A stretch of DNA of 64,000 nucleotides, from assembly GCA_964537835.1 (NCBI GenBank), contig CAZICS010000003.1:7163-71162 (forward strand). The letters are read 5' to 3'. Origin of the DNA: an uncultured archaeon (GTDB taxonomy: Archaea > Aenigmatarchaeota > Aenigmatarchaeia > CG10238-14 > SCSR01). The translations under genes and the position numbers were made by a program. The notes beneath the pieces were generated by a model, which saw only the letters and a list, made by a program, of their open reading frames with translations, did no database searches and was not told the DNA's origin. Below, in pieces: positions 47,608-55,344 of this stretch. Positions within the stretch are counted from its first letter, which is position 1; every line of letters starts with the position of its first letter.

Positions 47608-47608
47608 C
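47595..47608. repeat. Palindrome GTTATACGTGTAAC
   Basis: Contains the stop codon of 47209-47607. 8 bp from the convergent stop at 47616. Confidence 0.7.
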
Positions 47609-47615
47609 ATCGATT

Positions 47616-48758
47616 TCAATACTCTTTAGTCTTAGGTACTAATGCTCTAAGCCTCTTTAAAGCTTCTAGCTTTTCCTTTTTCTTTAACTCAGCCTCTTTT
47701 ATTACTTCGTCCAAAAACTTTATCGATTCATCCATGGCCCTTCTATCGACAGGCCTAGGGACACCATCCTTGCCTCCATAAGCGAAAGAATATTTTACTG
47801 GATCTCTCCAAGAGGGAGGAGAGCCATAGATTATCTCAGAAACCAAAGCTAAACCTCTAATCGTAGCTGGCCCTATTCCTTTCAAGCCAATTAACTCTTC
47901 ATAATCCTTCGGTTGAAAATCATAGGCTTCTTTCAAAGCATTCCAGTTTACATTCTTAGGCATCTTCAAAGCATAAACTTTAAATTCTTCTTTAATCTTC
48001 CCTGGTAAAAATTCTCTCAAGCTTTTTTGGTAGATTGGTTTTAAAGAAAGCAAATCATTCCTAATCCTTCTTATTCCTTCCTTAACCAAATCGACGCATA
48101 TTTTCCTTGCCTCCTCGCTTTGCTTAGCCGTCATATCCAAAACATCCTTCTTCTTTACATCGCAACAGATTGCTGCATGCGGCTCTTCAACGAAAGATTT
48201 AACCTTCTCGCTGATCCAATGGTACCTTCTTGCAGTCTGGTCTTCTACGCTCATCCCTTGCTGAATTACCACCCATTTTCCTTTTTCGGTAAAGAAGAAT
48301 GCATGATGGTACAAGGGATAACCAGCTTGGATTAGGGAGTTATCAACCTTTGCAGCCACCCTGCTCGCATAAACCAGCTTTTCAGTTTTCTTAGTCGAAA
48401 GGTTAAAAATTTCAGAAATCTTTTCTATTTCTTCGGGAGTCTTCCTTGAAACTTTACCCTTCCCACCTGCTACAGCAAAACCAAGCTCTTCAGGCCTGGC
48501 AATAGCTTTTATTACGGCTGTTGTTACTGTTGTAGTTCCACTCGAATGCCAGTCATAGCCTAGCACGCAGCTTAAAGCCTGGAACCAGAAAGGATTTGCC
48601 AACCTTTTGAATAATTCTTCATATCCATATTCTCGAATGATTAGAGTAATTATCTTCTCAGCAAGCCTTCTCATCCTGATTATTAACCAATAAGGAGCTT
48701 TTCCGTAGTGCAAGGGTAACTCAGTTATACCTACTTTTTTCATGCTATCAATTAACAA
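47616..48758 (-). CDS. DUF763-like protein
   Basis: 380 aa. N-terminal ELPLHYGKAPYWL and an HhH-like LKGIGPATIRGLALV. Confidence 0.55.
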   Translation of the reverse strand: MLIDSMKKVGITELPLHYGKAPYWLIIRMRRLAEKIITLIIREYGYEELFKRLANPFWFQALSCVLGYDWHSSGTTTVTTAVIKAIARPEELGFAVAGGKGKVSRKTPEEIEKISEIFNLSTKKTEKLVYASRVAAKVDNSLIQAGYPLYHHAFFFTEKGKWVVIQQGMSVEDQTARRYHWISEKVKSFVEEPHAAICCDVKKKDVLDMTAKQSEEARKICVDLVKEGIRRIRNDLLSLKPIYQKSLREFLPGKIKEEFKVYALKMPKNVNWNALKEAYDFQPKDYEELIGLKGIGPATIRGLALVSEIIYGSPPSWRDPVKYSFAYGGKDGVPRPVDRRAMDESIKFLDEVIKEAELKKKEKLEALKRLRALVPKTKEY

Positions 48759-48841
48759 GATAGAAAGAGGCTATTTAAAATTAACTCGAGTAAATTTCCG
48801 GTAAAAACTTAAATCTTCGGTAAAATCAATAATATGTTTAT

Positions 48842-48927
48842 GGGCGGGTAGCTTAGCCTGGTTGGAGCGTCCGGCTGATAACTCATTGGAAACCGGAAGG
48901 TCGCCGGTTCAAATCCGGCCCCGCCCA
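48842..48927 (+). tRNA. tRNA-Ile(GAU) with 11-nt intron
   Basis: Acceptor GGGCGGG/CCCGCCC. Anticodon arm TCCGG-CTGATA[actcattggaa]A-CCGGA. T arm GCCGG-TTCAAAT-CCGGC. Confidence 0.8.
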
Positions 48928-49739
48928 TTCTCTAAACTGAGGGAGTCTATTTCTCCGTTTAGGATGGAAGTCCTTATTTTTAGGTTTGTATTAGGTGGGC
49001 AGAAACCAAATTTCTTCCAAATTTTAAATTTTGTTAAATGTTTTGGATTGTGAGAGCCTATGAGAGAAAACCATCGATTTACCATCTTCTTACCTGAGAT
49101 GTATATTTCATAGACTTTATAAACCTTCCCTGTTCTCCTGTCATGCTCACTAGAAATTCTCCAAGAAAAGTTAAAGTCTAGTTCTTTCAATAATTTGCAA
49201 AGAGAGACTGTTAATCTTTCACTCGAGAATCCGCATTTTATAACAGGATAATAGTGAACATCTTTATACTTTCTCTTAAAGGTTAATGTAAAATCTGCAT
49301 CGAATAACCCTCTTAAAAAGCTTATTTTAAACTTTTTATCAGAATTCTTAATTATTAATGGCATATCTGCTATATTCGTCTTTTTCCCAAGTGGTATTCC
49401 TATTACTTTATTGTAAAAAAGTATTATTCCTTTCGATCTAAACTGAATTCCATAAGTTCCATCAGAAAACTTTTTAGGAATTAATGAAAGTCCAAATAGT
49501 TTAAACTTGAGACCCACTATGAAGTTATCATACCATTCTCTATCGTCAAGTGGATGTCCAGAGCACTTATAAAAGTAGTCATTCCCATGAGGGTTTGGAT
49601 AGATATTCATACAACCATCACCTATATGGATCCCTATATCTTCAGCAAGCTCAGGAGTAAGAAAAGCAGGTAGTTTTATTCCTTTCTTTAAATCCTTCCT
49701 GCTAACTTCGATAGATGAAATATCAAGTTCAATTACCAT
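48909..49739 (-). CDS. Intact double-motif LAGLIDADG homing endonuclease-like protein
   Basis: Motif 1 LAEDIGIHIGDGCM, motif 2 FLRGLFDADFTL. The last 6 codons plus the stop are the complement of the tRNA-Ile 3' end (stop = complement of T-loop TCA, 48909-48911). Confidence 0.75.
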   Translation of the reverse strand: MVIELDISSIEVSRKDLKKGIKLPAFLTPELAEDIGIHIGDGCMNIYPNPHGNDYFYKCSGHPLDDREWYDNFIVGLKFKLFGLSLIPKKFSDGTYGIQFRSKGIILFYNKVIGIPLGKKTNIADMPLIIKNSDKKFKISFLRGLFDADFTLTFKRKYKDVHYYPVIKCGFSSERLTVSLCKLLKELDFNFSWRISSEHDRRTGKVYKVYEIYISGKKMVNRWFSLIGSHNPKHLTKFKIWKKFGFCPPNTNLKIRTSILNGEIDSLSLENGRGRI

Positions 49740-49968
49740 AATTATTACTATAATCTTTAAAGTATTTAAAGCTGACTTTCAAATTATAGTATATGGCACT
49801 AGAAGGATCAACGCAATTATACAAACATAAAAAAGCCAGCACATGTTATATAACCATTCCAGCATCATTAGCAAATGATTCAGCTTTTCCCTTTAGGAGA
49901 GGGGAAAAACTAAAGATAAGAATTAAAAACAATAAGTTAATAATCGAAAAACTCTGAGTTGAAAAATT

Positions 49969-50262
49969 ATGAAAAGAATAAGAAAAATGATAAACGGCAA
50001 AAATCTGAAAAAAGAATTCACAGCTTTCCAAAAAGAGTTTAGAAAGCATCTAGCTCAATTCATAACAGGAGCTTTTGCTTTCGTTGCAGCTCTGCTCTGG
50101 AGAGATGCGATTAAATCTTTCATAGAAAGATATAAAGAAACTATTGAAAATTTAATGCCAATAAAGGAAGTTTGGTTTGCCCAATTTTTTACTGCATTTG
50201 CAGTTTCTGTAATTGCGGTAGTAGCAATAGTGATAATAAGTAAAGTGCTTAAGCCAGATTAA
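49969..50262 (+). CDS. Small membrane protein
   Basis: Two hydrophobic helices (ITGAFAFVAALLW, FFTAFAVSVIAVVAIVII). Confidence 0.4.
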   Translation: MKRIRKMINGKNLKKEFTAFQKEFRKHLAQFITGAFAFVAALLWRDAIKSFIERYKETIENLMPIKEVWFAQFFTAFAVSVIAVVAIVIISKVLKPD

Positions 50263-50695
50263 CATATTTTTGCAAAACTTTTTGAGCATTAAGGTTTATA
50301 ATTTCCTCAAGCTTACTTTCATCTACTTTCAAATATTTTTTCAAAATTTTAACTAGTTGATGATAATTTGGAAACTTCTTTCGCCTTACTTTTTCGATTT
50401 TCTTTGAAAGTATTCTTAGATTTCTCTTTTCAATTCCAGAAAAAAGCAAACCTACTTGAGGATTAAAACCCACTACTTTACCAGTTTCAAGGCTAATTGG
50501 CAATACTTCAATGTTTTTATATCCTGGATGTAAGGAATAAGCAGTTAAATAGATCTTTCCAAGTGAAGGGACTATAAATAAATGAAATCTTATACCTTCG
50601 TAAGTATCAACATTCGTATAGGATCTCCATTCTTTTCTTTTTTTCCTGCTTTCTTCGAGCAATTCATAACCTTTTTCATGCTCTACCAAACTCAT
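50249..50695 (-). CDS. Hypothetical protein
   Basis: 148-aa ORF. Confidence 0.4.
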   Translation of the reverse strand: MSLVEHEKGYELLEESRKKRKEWRSYTNVDTYEGIRFHLFIVPSLGKIYLTAYSLHPGYKNIEVLPISLETGKVVGFNPQVGLLFSGIEKRNLRILSKKIEKVRRKKFPNYHQLVKILKKYLKVDESKLEEIINLNAQKVLQKYVNLA

Positions 50696-50737
50696 TAGAA
50701 AAAATTTAAGAATTAAAAATAAAAACGTTTCTTTTTC

Positions 50738-51385
50738 TTATCCTACGACTTCAATTAGGTCAGAAAAAGTATTTAAGATAATGTCAGCTTCTCTTTCTAC
50801 ATTCTTGCTTTTGGGGCTAATTGCTACGCTTAATCCAACAACTTTGAAGATTGGTAGGTCATTTTCGCTATCTCCTACGAAGACAACTTCTTTAGAGCTG
50901 ATTTTAAGGATATTACAAATCTCTTTTAAAACTTCTATCTTTCCTTCATAATCGTAGTTCGAATAAGTACCGCCGATTAGCTTACCCTCTTCATCAAAAA
51001 ATAGTTCGGTGCAAAATCTTGGGAAATCTACTTTTAAACCTTCTTTTTTCTCAAAATAATCGTAAAAATTTTTTATTCCACCAGAGATTATGCAGGTTTT
51101 TAGTCCTCTTTCTCTAAGCTTTTTTAAAGTTTCTACGCAAGAATCGACTAGCTTTTGAGAAGAAGCTAATTCAATGAATTTCTTTTTAGTCAATCCATAT
51201 TTCTTGTACAATTCTATAGTTCTTCTAGACCATTCAGCATAGCTTATCTTTCCTTTCTTAAAAAGTTCTTCGTTGATAGAATCTTCTTTTTCACAGCCGA
51301 GAGCCGAAGTAATTAAAAACCAACTGCTAGAATTTATGTCTAAGAGAGTTCCGTCAAAATCCGAAGCAAGAAGATTAAATTTCAT
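50738..51385 (-). CDS. HAD-IB hydrolase (phosphoserine phosphatase-like)
   Basis: ASDFDGTL motif I, SGG motif II, GDSENDL motif IV. Confidence 0.7.
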   Translation of the reverse strand: MKFNLLASDFDGTLLDINSSSWFLITSALGCEKEDSINEELFKKGKISYAEWSRRTIELYKKYGLTKKKFIELASSQKLVDSCVETLKKLRERGLKTCIISGGIKNFYDYFEKKEGLKVDFPRFCTELFFDEEGKLIGGTYSNYDYEGKIEVLKEICNILKISSKEVVFVGDSENDLPIFKVVGLSVAISPKSKNVEREADIILNTFSDLIEVVG

Positions 51386-51482
51386 ATGCTTAAAATTTTT
51401 ATTTAAGAAGTTAAAAAATATTTGAAGGACTAGGGCCCGTAGCTCAGCCTGGTAGAGCAGCTGGCTCTTAGGGGGCTAGGAG

Positions 51483-51713
51483 ATGAAAAAAATAGACAAA
51501 AGTGTTATTAGCAAAATTCGGGAATACAGGAGACAAGGAAATTCTTTTAAACAAATAGCTCAAACTTTAGATTTAAGTCCAGCAACAGCATACAAGTATA
51601 GCAAAGATATTAAAGTTAGTGTAAGAAGAAAAACAACTCCTAAGAAAAAAGTTAAAATTCCTACTAAGATAACAAGGAATTTAGTAAAGAATAATAGGAC
51701 ATTGTATGTTTGA
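51483..51713 (+). CDS. Intron ORF part 1: HTH DNA-binding N-terminal region of the endonuclease
   Basis: ISKIREYRRQGNSFKQIAQTLDLSPATAYKYSKD (resolvase/transposase-type HTH). KKKVKIPTKITRNLVK aligns with KKGIKLPAFLTPELAE of the 48909-49739 paralog. Confidence 0.6.
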   Translation: MKKIDKSVISKIREYRRQGNSFKQIAQTLDLSPATAYKYSKDIKVSVRRKTTPKKKVKIPTKITRNLVKNNRTLYV

Positions 51714-52299
51714 TGGTAGTGTTTTCGAGTCCAAGAAAGATTACATAATACGTTACACCAACTCATCAAAAGAGGAAGTTAACAAGTTTGTAGAAGACAT
51801 GTGGGAAACATTCAGGTTATTACCAACATCTGTTATAAAAAGAAAAGGGAAATATATAGACTGGTTCGAAACAACATTCTCTTCAAAAAAAGTTTTCGAT
51901 TTTTTACACAATTTTGCTATCTCATTTAGCACTATTAGTGAAACAGGTTTCAGAGAGGAATTTTTATCTCTTCTTTCGAAGAATTTGAAAATAGAACTAT
52001 TAAGAACATTTTGGTGCGATGAAGGTAGCGTAGCAAAGGATGGAAAAATTGTGGGCAAAAGCAAGAGCTTAAGAATTATTCATCAGCTCAAAAATCTACA
52101 TGAATCGTTAGGAATAAAAACATCCATATGGAGAGATAATACCTCAAAAATTTACGGGCTTTACATTAAAAAGAATAAGAGAAATATTAAACTTTTTTCA
52201 AAGATAGGTTTTGGTAATGGTATTGTAACAAGAGGGAAATTTATAGGTCTAAAAAAGAATAAGGTATTAGTAAAATTATATGGGCCCGTCATCTCCTAG
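51706..52299 (+). CDS. Intron ORF part 2: double-motif LAGLIDADG endonuclease core
   Basis: Motif 1 (LY)FDGSVF at the junction, motif 2 LLRTFWCDEGSV. The stop TAG lies in the closing helix. Confidence 0.65.
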   Translation: MFDGSVFESKKDYIIRYTNSSKEEVNKFVEDMWETFRLLPTSVIKRKGKYIDWFETTFSSKKVFDFLHNFAISFSTISETGFREEFLSLLSKNLKIELLRTFWCDEGSVAKDGKIVGKSKSLRIIHQLKNLHESLGIKTSIWRDNTSKIYGLYIKKNKRNIKLFSKIGFGNGIVTRGKFIGLKKNKVLVKLYGPVIS

Positions 52300-52379
52300 C
52301 CCCAGGGAGACCAGTTGGTCGGGGGTTCAAATCCCCTCGGGCCCATTTTAGACAGGAATTATTTTCGATAAAAGTGAAA

Positions 52380-53399
52380 CTACTTAACTTTCGTTTTTAT
52401 TTCTATTAGAAAGCTGTTTTCTTCAGAATCCATTTCTCCTATGCTTCCGTAAGGGATTGTTATTATGGGATCTGTGTGTCCAAAGTTTACATTAGCCAAG
52501 ATAGGAAAATTATACTCACTTAATCTCTTCTCCACGAGCTTAAAGAATTCTTTTTTCATCCCTTCTGTATATTGATAGGGTATCCCAAATATCACACCCC
52601 TTGTTCTTTCAAAAACACCTATTTCCATTAGCTGACTCAAATTAGAATCGACTTTTTCGAGACTATAAGGTTTACCTGGTCTTTCACCTTCTGGTGTTTC
52701 AAGAAATATCAAAGATTTCTTAAAAGAAGGAAAGTATTTAGTTCCAGCAACTCTCAAAATACTTGGTAAACATCCGCCAACAAGCTTTCCTTTTCCATAA
52801 CCTTCTTTAAGCCAGAGAAACTCATTTTTCCTAAACCTATCCCTAGCTTTATTCCTATACCTACCCCAATCTAGAAATTGATCCGTATAGTTAACTGTCT
52901 TTACTTTACCTATTTCACCTTTCATCACAGCTTTGAAGAAATAATTTACAGTGTATTCAAATGGTTCTGGATATTCTCCAAATTGGGTTAAGACCATAGG
53001 CCCATAAAAAGTTACAACTCTCGATTTTTTATAAAATGCCAAGTGTAAAACTGTTATATCAGAAAAACCCATGAATATCTTCGGATTTCTTCTAAAAGCT
53101 TTAAAATCAAGGTATCTCAACAATTGAACTGAATTCTTGCCGCCTATGGAAGAAATAATACACTTCACTTCCTTATCCTCAATCATTCTATTAATATCTT
53201 CAGCTCTTTCTTCGGGCTCTCCCGCTATATAACCAGTCTTCCAAAAGTATTTACCGATTTTTACTTTAAAGCCATACTTATTAAACCATCTAATAGCTCT
53301 CCTAACCCTATACTTATACTTTCCAGCTAGACCGGCAGAGGGTGAAACAAGGCCTATAGTATCTCCTTTTTTAAGTAAGGGAGGGTAGATCAGTTTCAT
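52380..53399 (-). CDS. LD-carboxypeptidase (peptidase S66, MccF-like)
   Basis: GDTIGLVSPSAG N-terminus and GFSDITVLH nucleophile motif. Confidence 0.8.
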   Translation of the reverse strand: MKLIYPPLLKKGDTIGLVSPSAGLAGKYKYRVRRAIRWFNKYGFKVKIGKYFWKTGYIAGEPEERAEDINRMIEDKEVKCIISSIGGKNSVQLLRYLDFKAFRRNPKIFMGFSDITVLHLAFYKKSRVVTFYGPMVLTQFGEYPEPFEYTVNYFFKAVMKGEIGKVKTVNYTDQFLDWGRYRNKARDRFRKNEFLWLKEGYGKGKLVGGCLPSILRVAGTKYFPSFKKSLIFLETPEGERPGKPYSLEKVDSNLSQLMEIGVFERTRGVIFGIPYQYTEGMKKEFFKLVEKRLSEYNFPILANVNFGHTDPIITIPYGSIGEMDSEENSFLIEIKTKVK

Positions 53400-53427
53400 G
53401 ATTTAAATTACTCTTAGAAATTTTTAT

Positions 53428-53871
53428 TTAATTTTCTACTCTTTCAAAAAATCTTTTCAGCTTCCAGTTCTTGATTATTAAAGCTTTGGGTTTAAAAACT
53501 TTTATTAACTTTAAAGAAAGTCTTAAAACTTCCCATGGTCTTGCGCTTCCACTTATATCCAACAAAATCACAGAAAATTTTTCTCTTAGCTTAAGCAACT
53601 TTCTTACTTCATTCGCATCTATTAGATAAAATTTCAAATTATTTCTTTCAAGCTTTCTAGCGTTCTCTATAACCTCTTCTGATTTGTCTATTCCTATAAC
53701 TTTTTTAGCAATCCTTGAAAGTAAGGAAGAGGTTTTTCCAAACCCACAGCCAACTTCTAAAACTATATCATCCTTGCTAACAAGTTTTTTAGCAATTTTC
53801 CTATATTCTTTCACATCTCTAGTTAGGTAAATCTTTGTTTCCATCTCAAAAATTTTATCTTCATTAGACAA
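53428..53871 (-). CDS. Class I SAM-dependent methyltransferase
   Basis: VLEVGCGFGKT motif I. Confidence 0.65.
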   Translation of the reverse strand: MSNEDKIFEMETKIYLTRDVKEYRKIAKKLVSKDDIVLEVGCGFGKTSSLLSRIAKKVIGIDKSEEVIENARKLERNNLKFYLIDANEVRKLLKLREKFSVILLDISGSARPWEVLRLSLKLIKVFKPKALIIKNWKLKRFFERVEN

Positions 53872-53882
53872 AAAAATCTTTA

Positions 53883-54239
53883 TTGAAAGTTATGCACAAA
53901 ATTCTCTATGAAGAGAAACAATTCAAGTGGTATACTTTGTTTCCATTTCGATTTAGAATTTATTCTAGTAAAATAGAAGTAAGCTTTTTTCCTTATAAAT
54001 ATGAAATCCCCTTTTCTGATATCAAAGGCATAAAAATAGTGAATAAAATACCTTGGTGGGTTGGATGGGGTTTAAGGCTCAATCCTTTCTCAAAAACTCT
54101 ATATTTTCTCTCTCACCATAAGAAATGCGTTCAAGTAGAGAGAAAATCTGGTTATTGGAAAAAAATAATACTTTCCGTCAAAAATCCCGAAAAATTTATC
54201 ACTCATCTCAGAAATTTAAAGTTTGAGGAAGAGAGATAG
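53883..54239 (+). CDS. Hypothetical protein
   Basis: 118-aa ORF. Confidence 0.35.
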   Translation: MKVMHKILYEEKQFKWYTLFPFRFRIYSSKIEVSFFPYKYEIPFSDIKGIKIVNKIPWWVGWGLRLNPFSKTLYFLSHHKKCVQVERKSGYWKKIILSVKNPEKFITHLRNLKFEEER

Positions 54240-54242
54240 TAT

Positions 54243-54673
54243 ATGAAGTTGGTTAGTGCTTGTTTGATTGGAGTTAAGTGCAAGTATGATGGGAAGTCTA
54301 ACTTTAATCAAAAAATTTTTAAAATGCTTAAAAAGGGTGAATTGTTCCCAGTTTGCCCAGAAGTTTTTGCTGGCTTACCAGTACCAAGAGAGCCCATTAC
54401 TTTAACGGCACCAGGTTCAAAAATTTTAGAAGGTAAAGGAAGGATTATAAGCAAAAGTGGAAAAGATCTTACCAAAAATCTTAAAAAAGTGCAGAGCTCA
54501 TTTTAAAAATTTGTAAAAGTTTGGGAATAAAAGAAGCTATACTCAAGCAAAGGTCCCCCTCATGTGGCTGTGGGGAAACTTATATTAACGAAAAAATTAG
54601 AGAAGGGGATGGTATACTAACTGCACTCTTGAAGAAAAATGGGATAAAATGTTACAGCGAGGAAGAAATATGA
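54243..54673 (+). pseudogene. DUF523-family gene split by a -1 frame change in an A6 run
   Basis: N-terminal half is 54243-54506 (LVSACLIGVKCKYDG). C-terminal half is in frame -1 from 54485 (AELILKICKSLGIKEAILKQRSPSCG...), ending at TGA 54671-73. Confidence 0.6.
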
Positions 54674-55344
54674 ACATAGTAGTAGATTGCGATGGGGTTT
54701 TGATAAACAATGTAAGGTTTGAGAATAAAGTGCTGGATTTTCTCTTTCGTAGAATCATGGAAAAGTACGGGGTTTCCAAGGAGAGAGCCAGGGAAATGTT
54801 CTGGAAGATTGGAAAAAAGCTAGAAGGAAGAAAGGAATGGCATGATTGGAGGATTTATAGCGAAGAGTTGAAATTGGGTGATGCATGGAAAGAAGCGCAT
54901 CTTGCAAACCTAAAATATCTAAGGCTTGTCAAGGGCGCGAAAGATTTTCTTTCAAGGGTTAAGGGAGATGGACATAGATTAATTCTGGCTTCGGATGCCA
55001 TCAAGCCTGTGTTAGAATGGAAACTCAATCGTTTCGGTCTAGAAAAATACTTTGACCTAATTCTCTCCCAAGATGATACGGGATGCATAAAAAGCGAAGA
55101 AAAATATTTCAAACAAATTTTAAACAAGTTAAAGGAACCGGCGAAGAATTTTGTGGTCATCGATAATAGGTTGGATAGAGGAATTGAAACTGCTAAAAAA
55201 GTTGGAATGAAAACTATTTACATAAAAAGAAAGGAGCATTCTCATCTTTACTTAAAGGATAAAGAGGAAGTTGAACCTGATTTTAGCGTGAAAACTCTTG
55301 GTCAGGCCTACGAAAAAATAAAAGAAATTGAAGCTAGAGGATGA
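54670..55344 (+). CDS. HAD-superfamily hydrolase
   Basis: MNIVVDCDGVL motif I. The start is trimmed to the ATG overlapping the upstream stop. Confidence 0.65.
   Translation: MNIVVDCDGVLINNVRFENKVLDFLFRRIMEKYGVSKERAREMFWKIGKKLEGRKEWHDWRIYSEELKLGDAWKEAHLANLKYLRLVKGAKDFLSRVKGDGHRLILASDAIKPVLEWKLNRFGLEKYFDLILSQDDTGCIKSEEKYFKQILNKLKEPAKNFVVIDNRLDRGIETAKKVGMKTIYIKRKEHSHLYLKDKEEVEPDFSVKTLGQAYEKIKEIEARG

Larger units (their letters stand above)
51471..52309 (+). mobile_element. Archaeal bulge-helix-bulge intron carrying a homing-endonuclease gene
   Basis: Central helix CTCT 51465-68 / AGGG 52304-07. 3-nt bulges at 51469-71 and 52308-10. 13-bp closing helix 51472-84 / 52291-303. The ORF fills the intron. 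Confidence 0.75.
51433..52345 (+). tRNA. tRNA-Lys(CUU) interrupted by an 839-nt BHB intron at 37/38
   Basis: Exon 1 is 51433-51470 (GGGCCCG...GCTGG-CTCTTA). Exon 2 is 52310-52345 (A-CCAGT-TGGTC-GGGGG-TTCAAAT-CCCCT-CGGGCCC-A). Confidence 0.85.

Noticed and set aside
5947-47608. The palindromic repeats considered as a CRISPR array or MITE termini.
   Set aside because: There are never more than two copies together, with no regular repeat-spacer periodicity. The spacers between paired copies are unrelated and very short (22-32 bp), with no target-site duplications seen.
52282-52289. GGGCCCGT inside the intron 3' region, identical to the first 8 nt of tRNA-Lys(CUU).
   Set aside because: The match is only 8 nt, lies inside the ORF (YGPV) and continues differently. 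It may be chance, and I cannot support a duplicated exon fragment.
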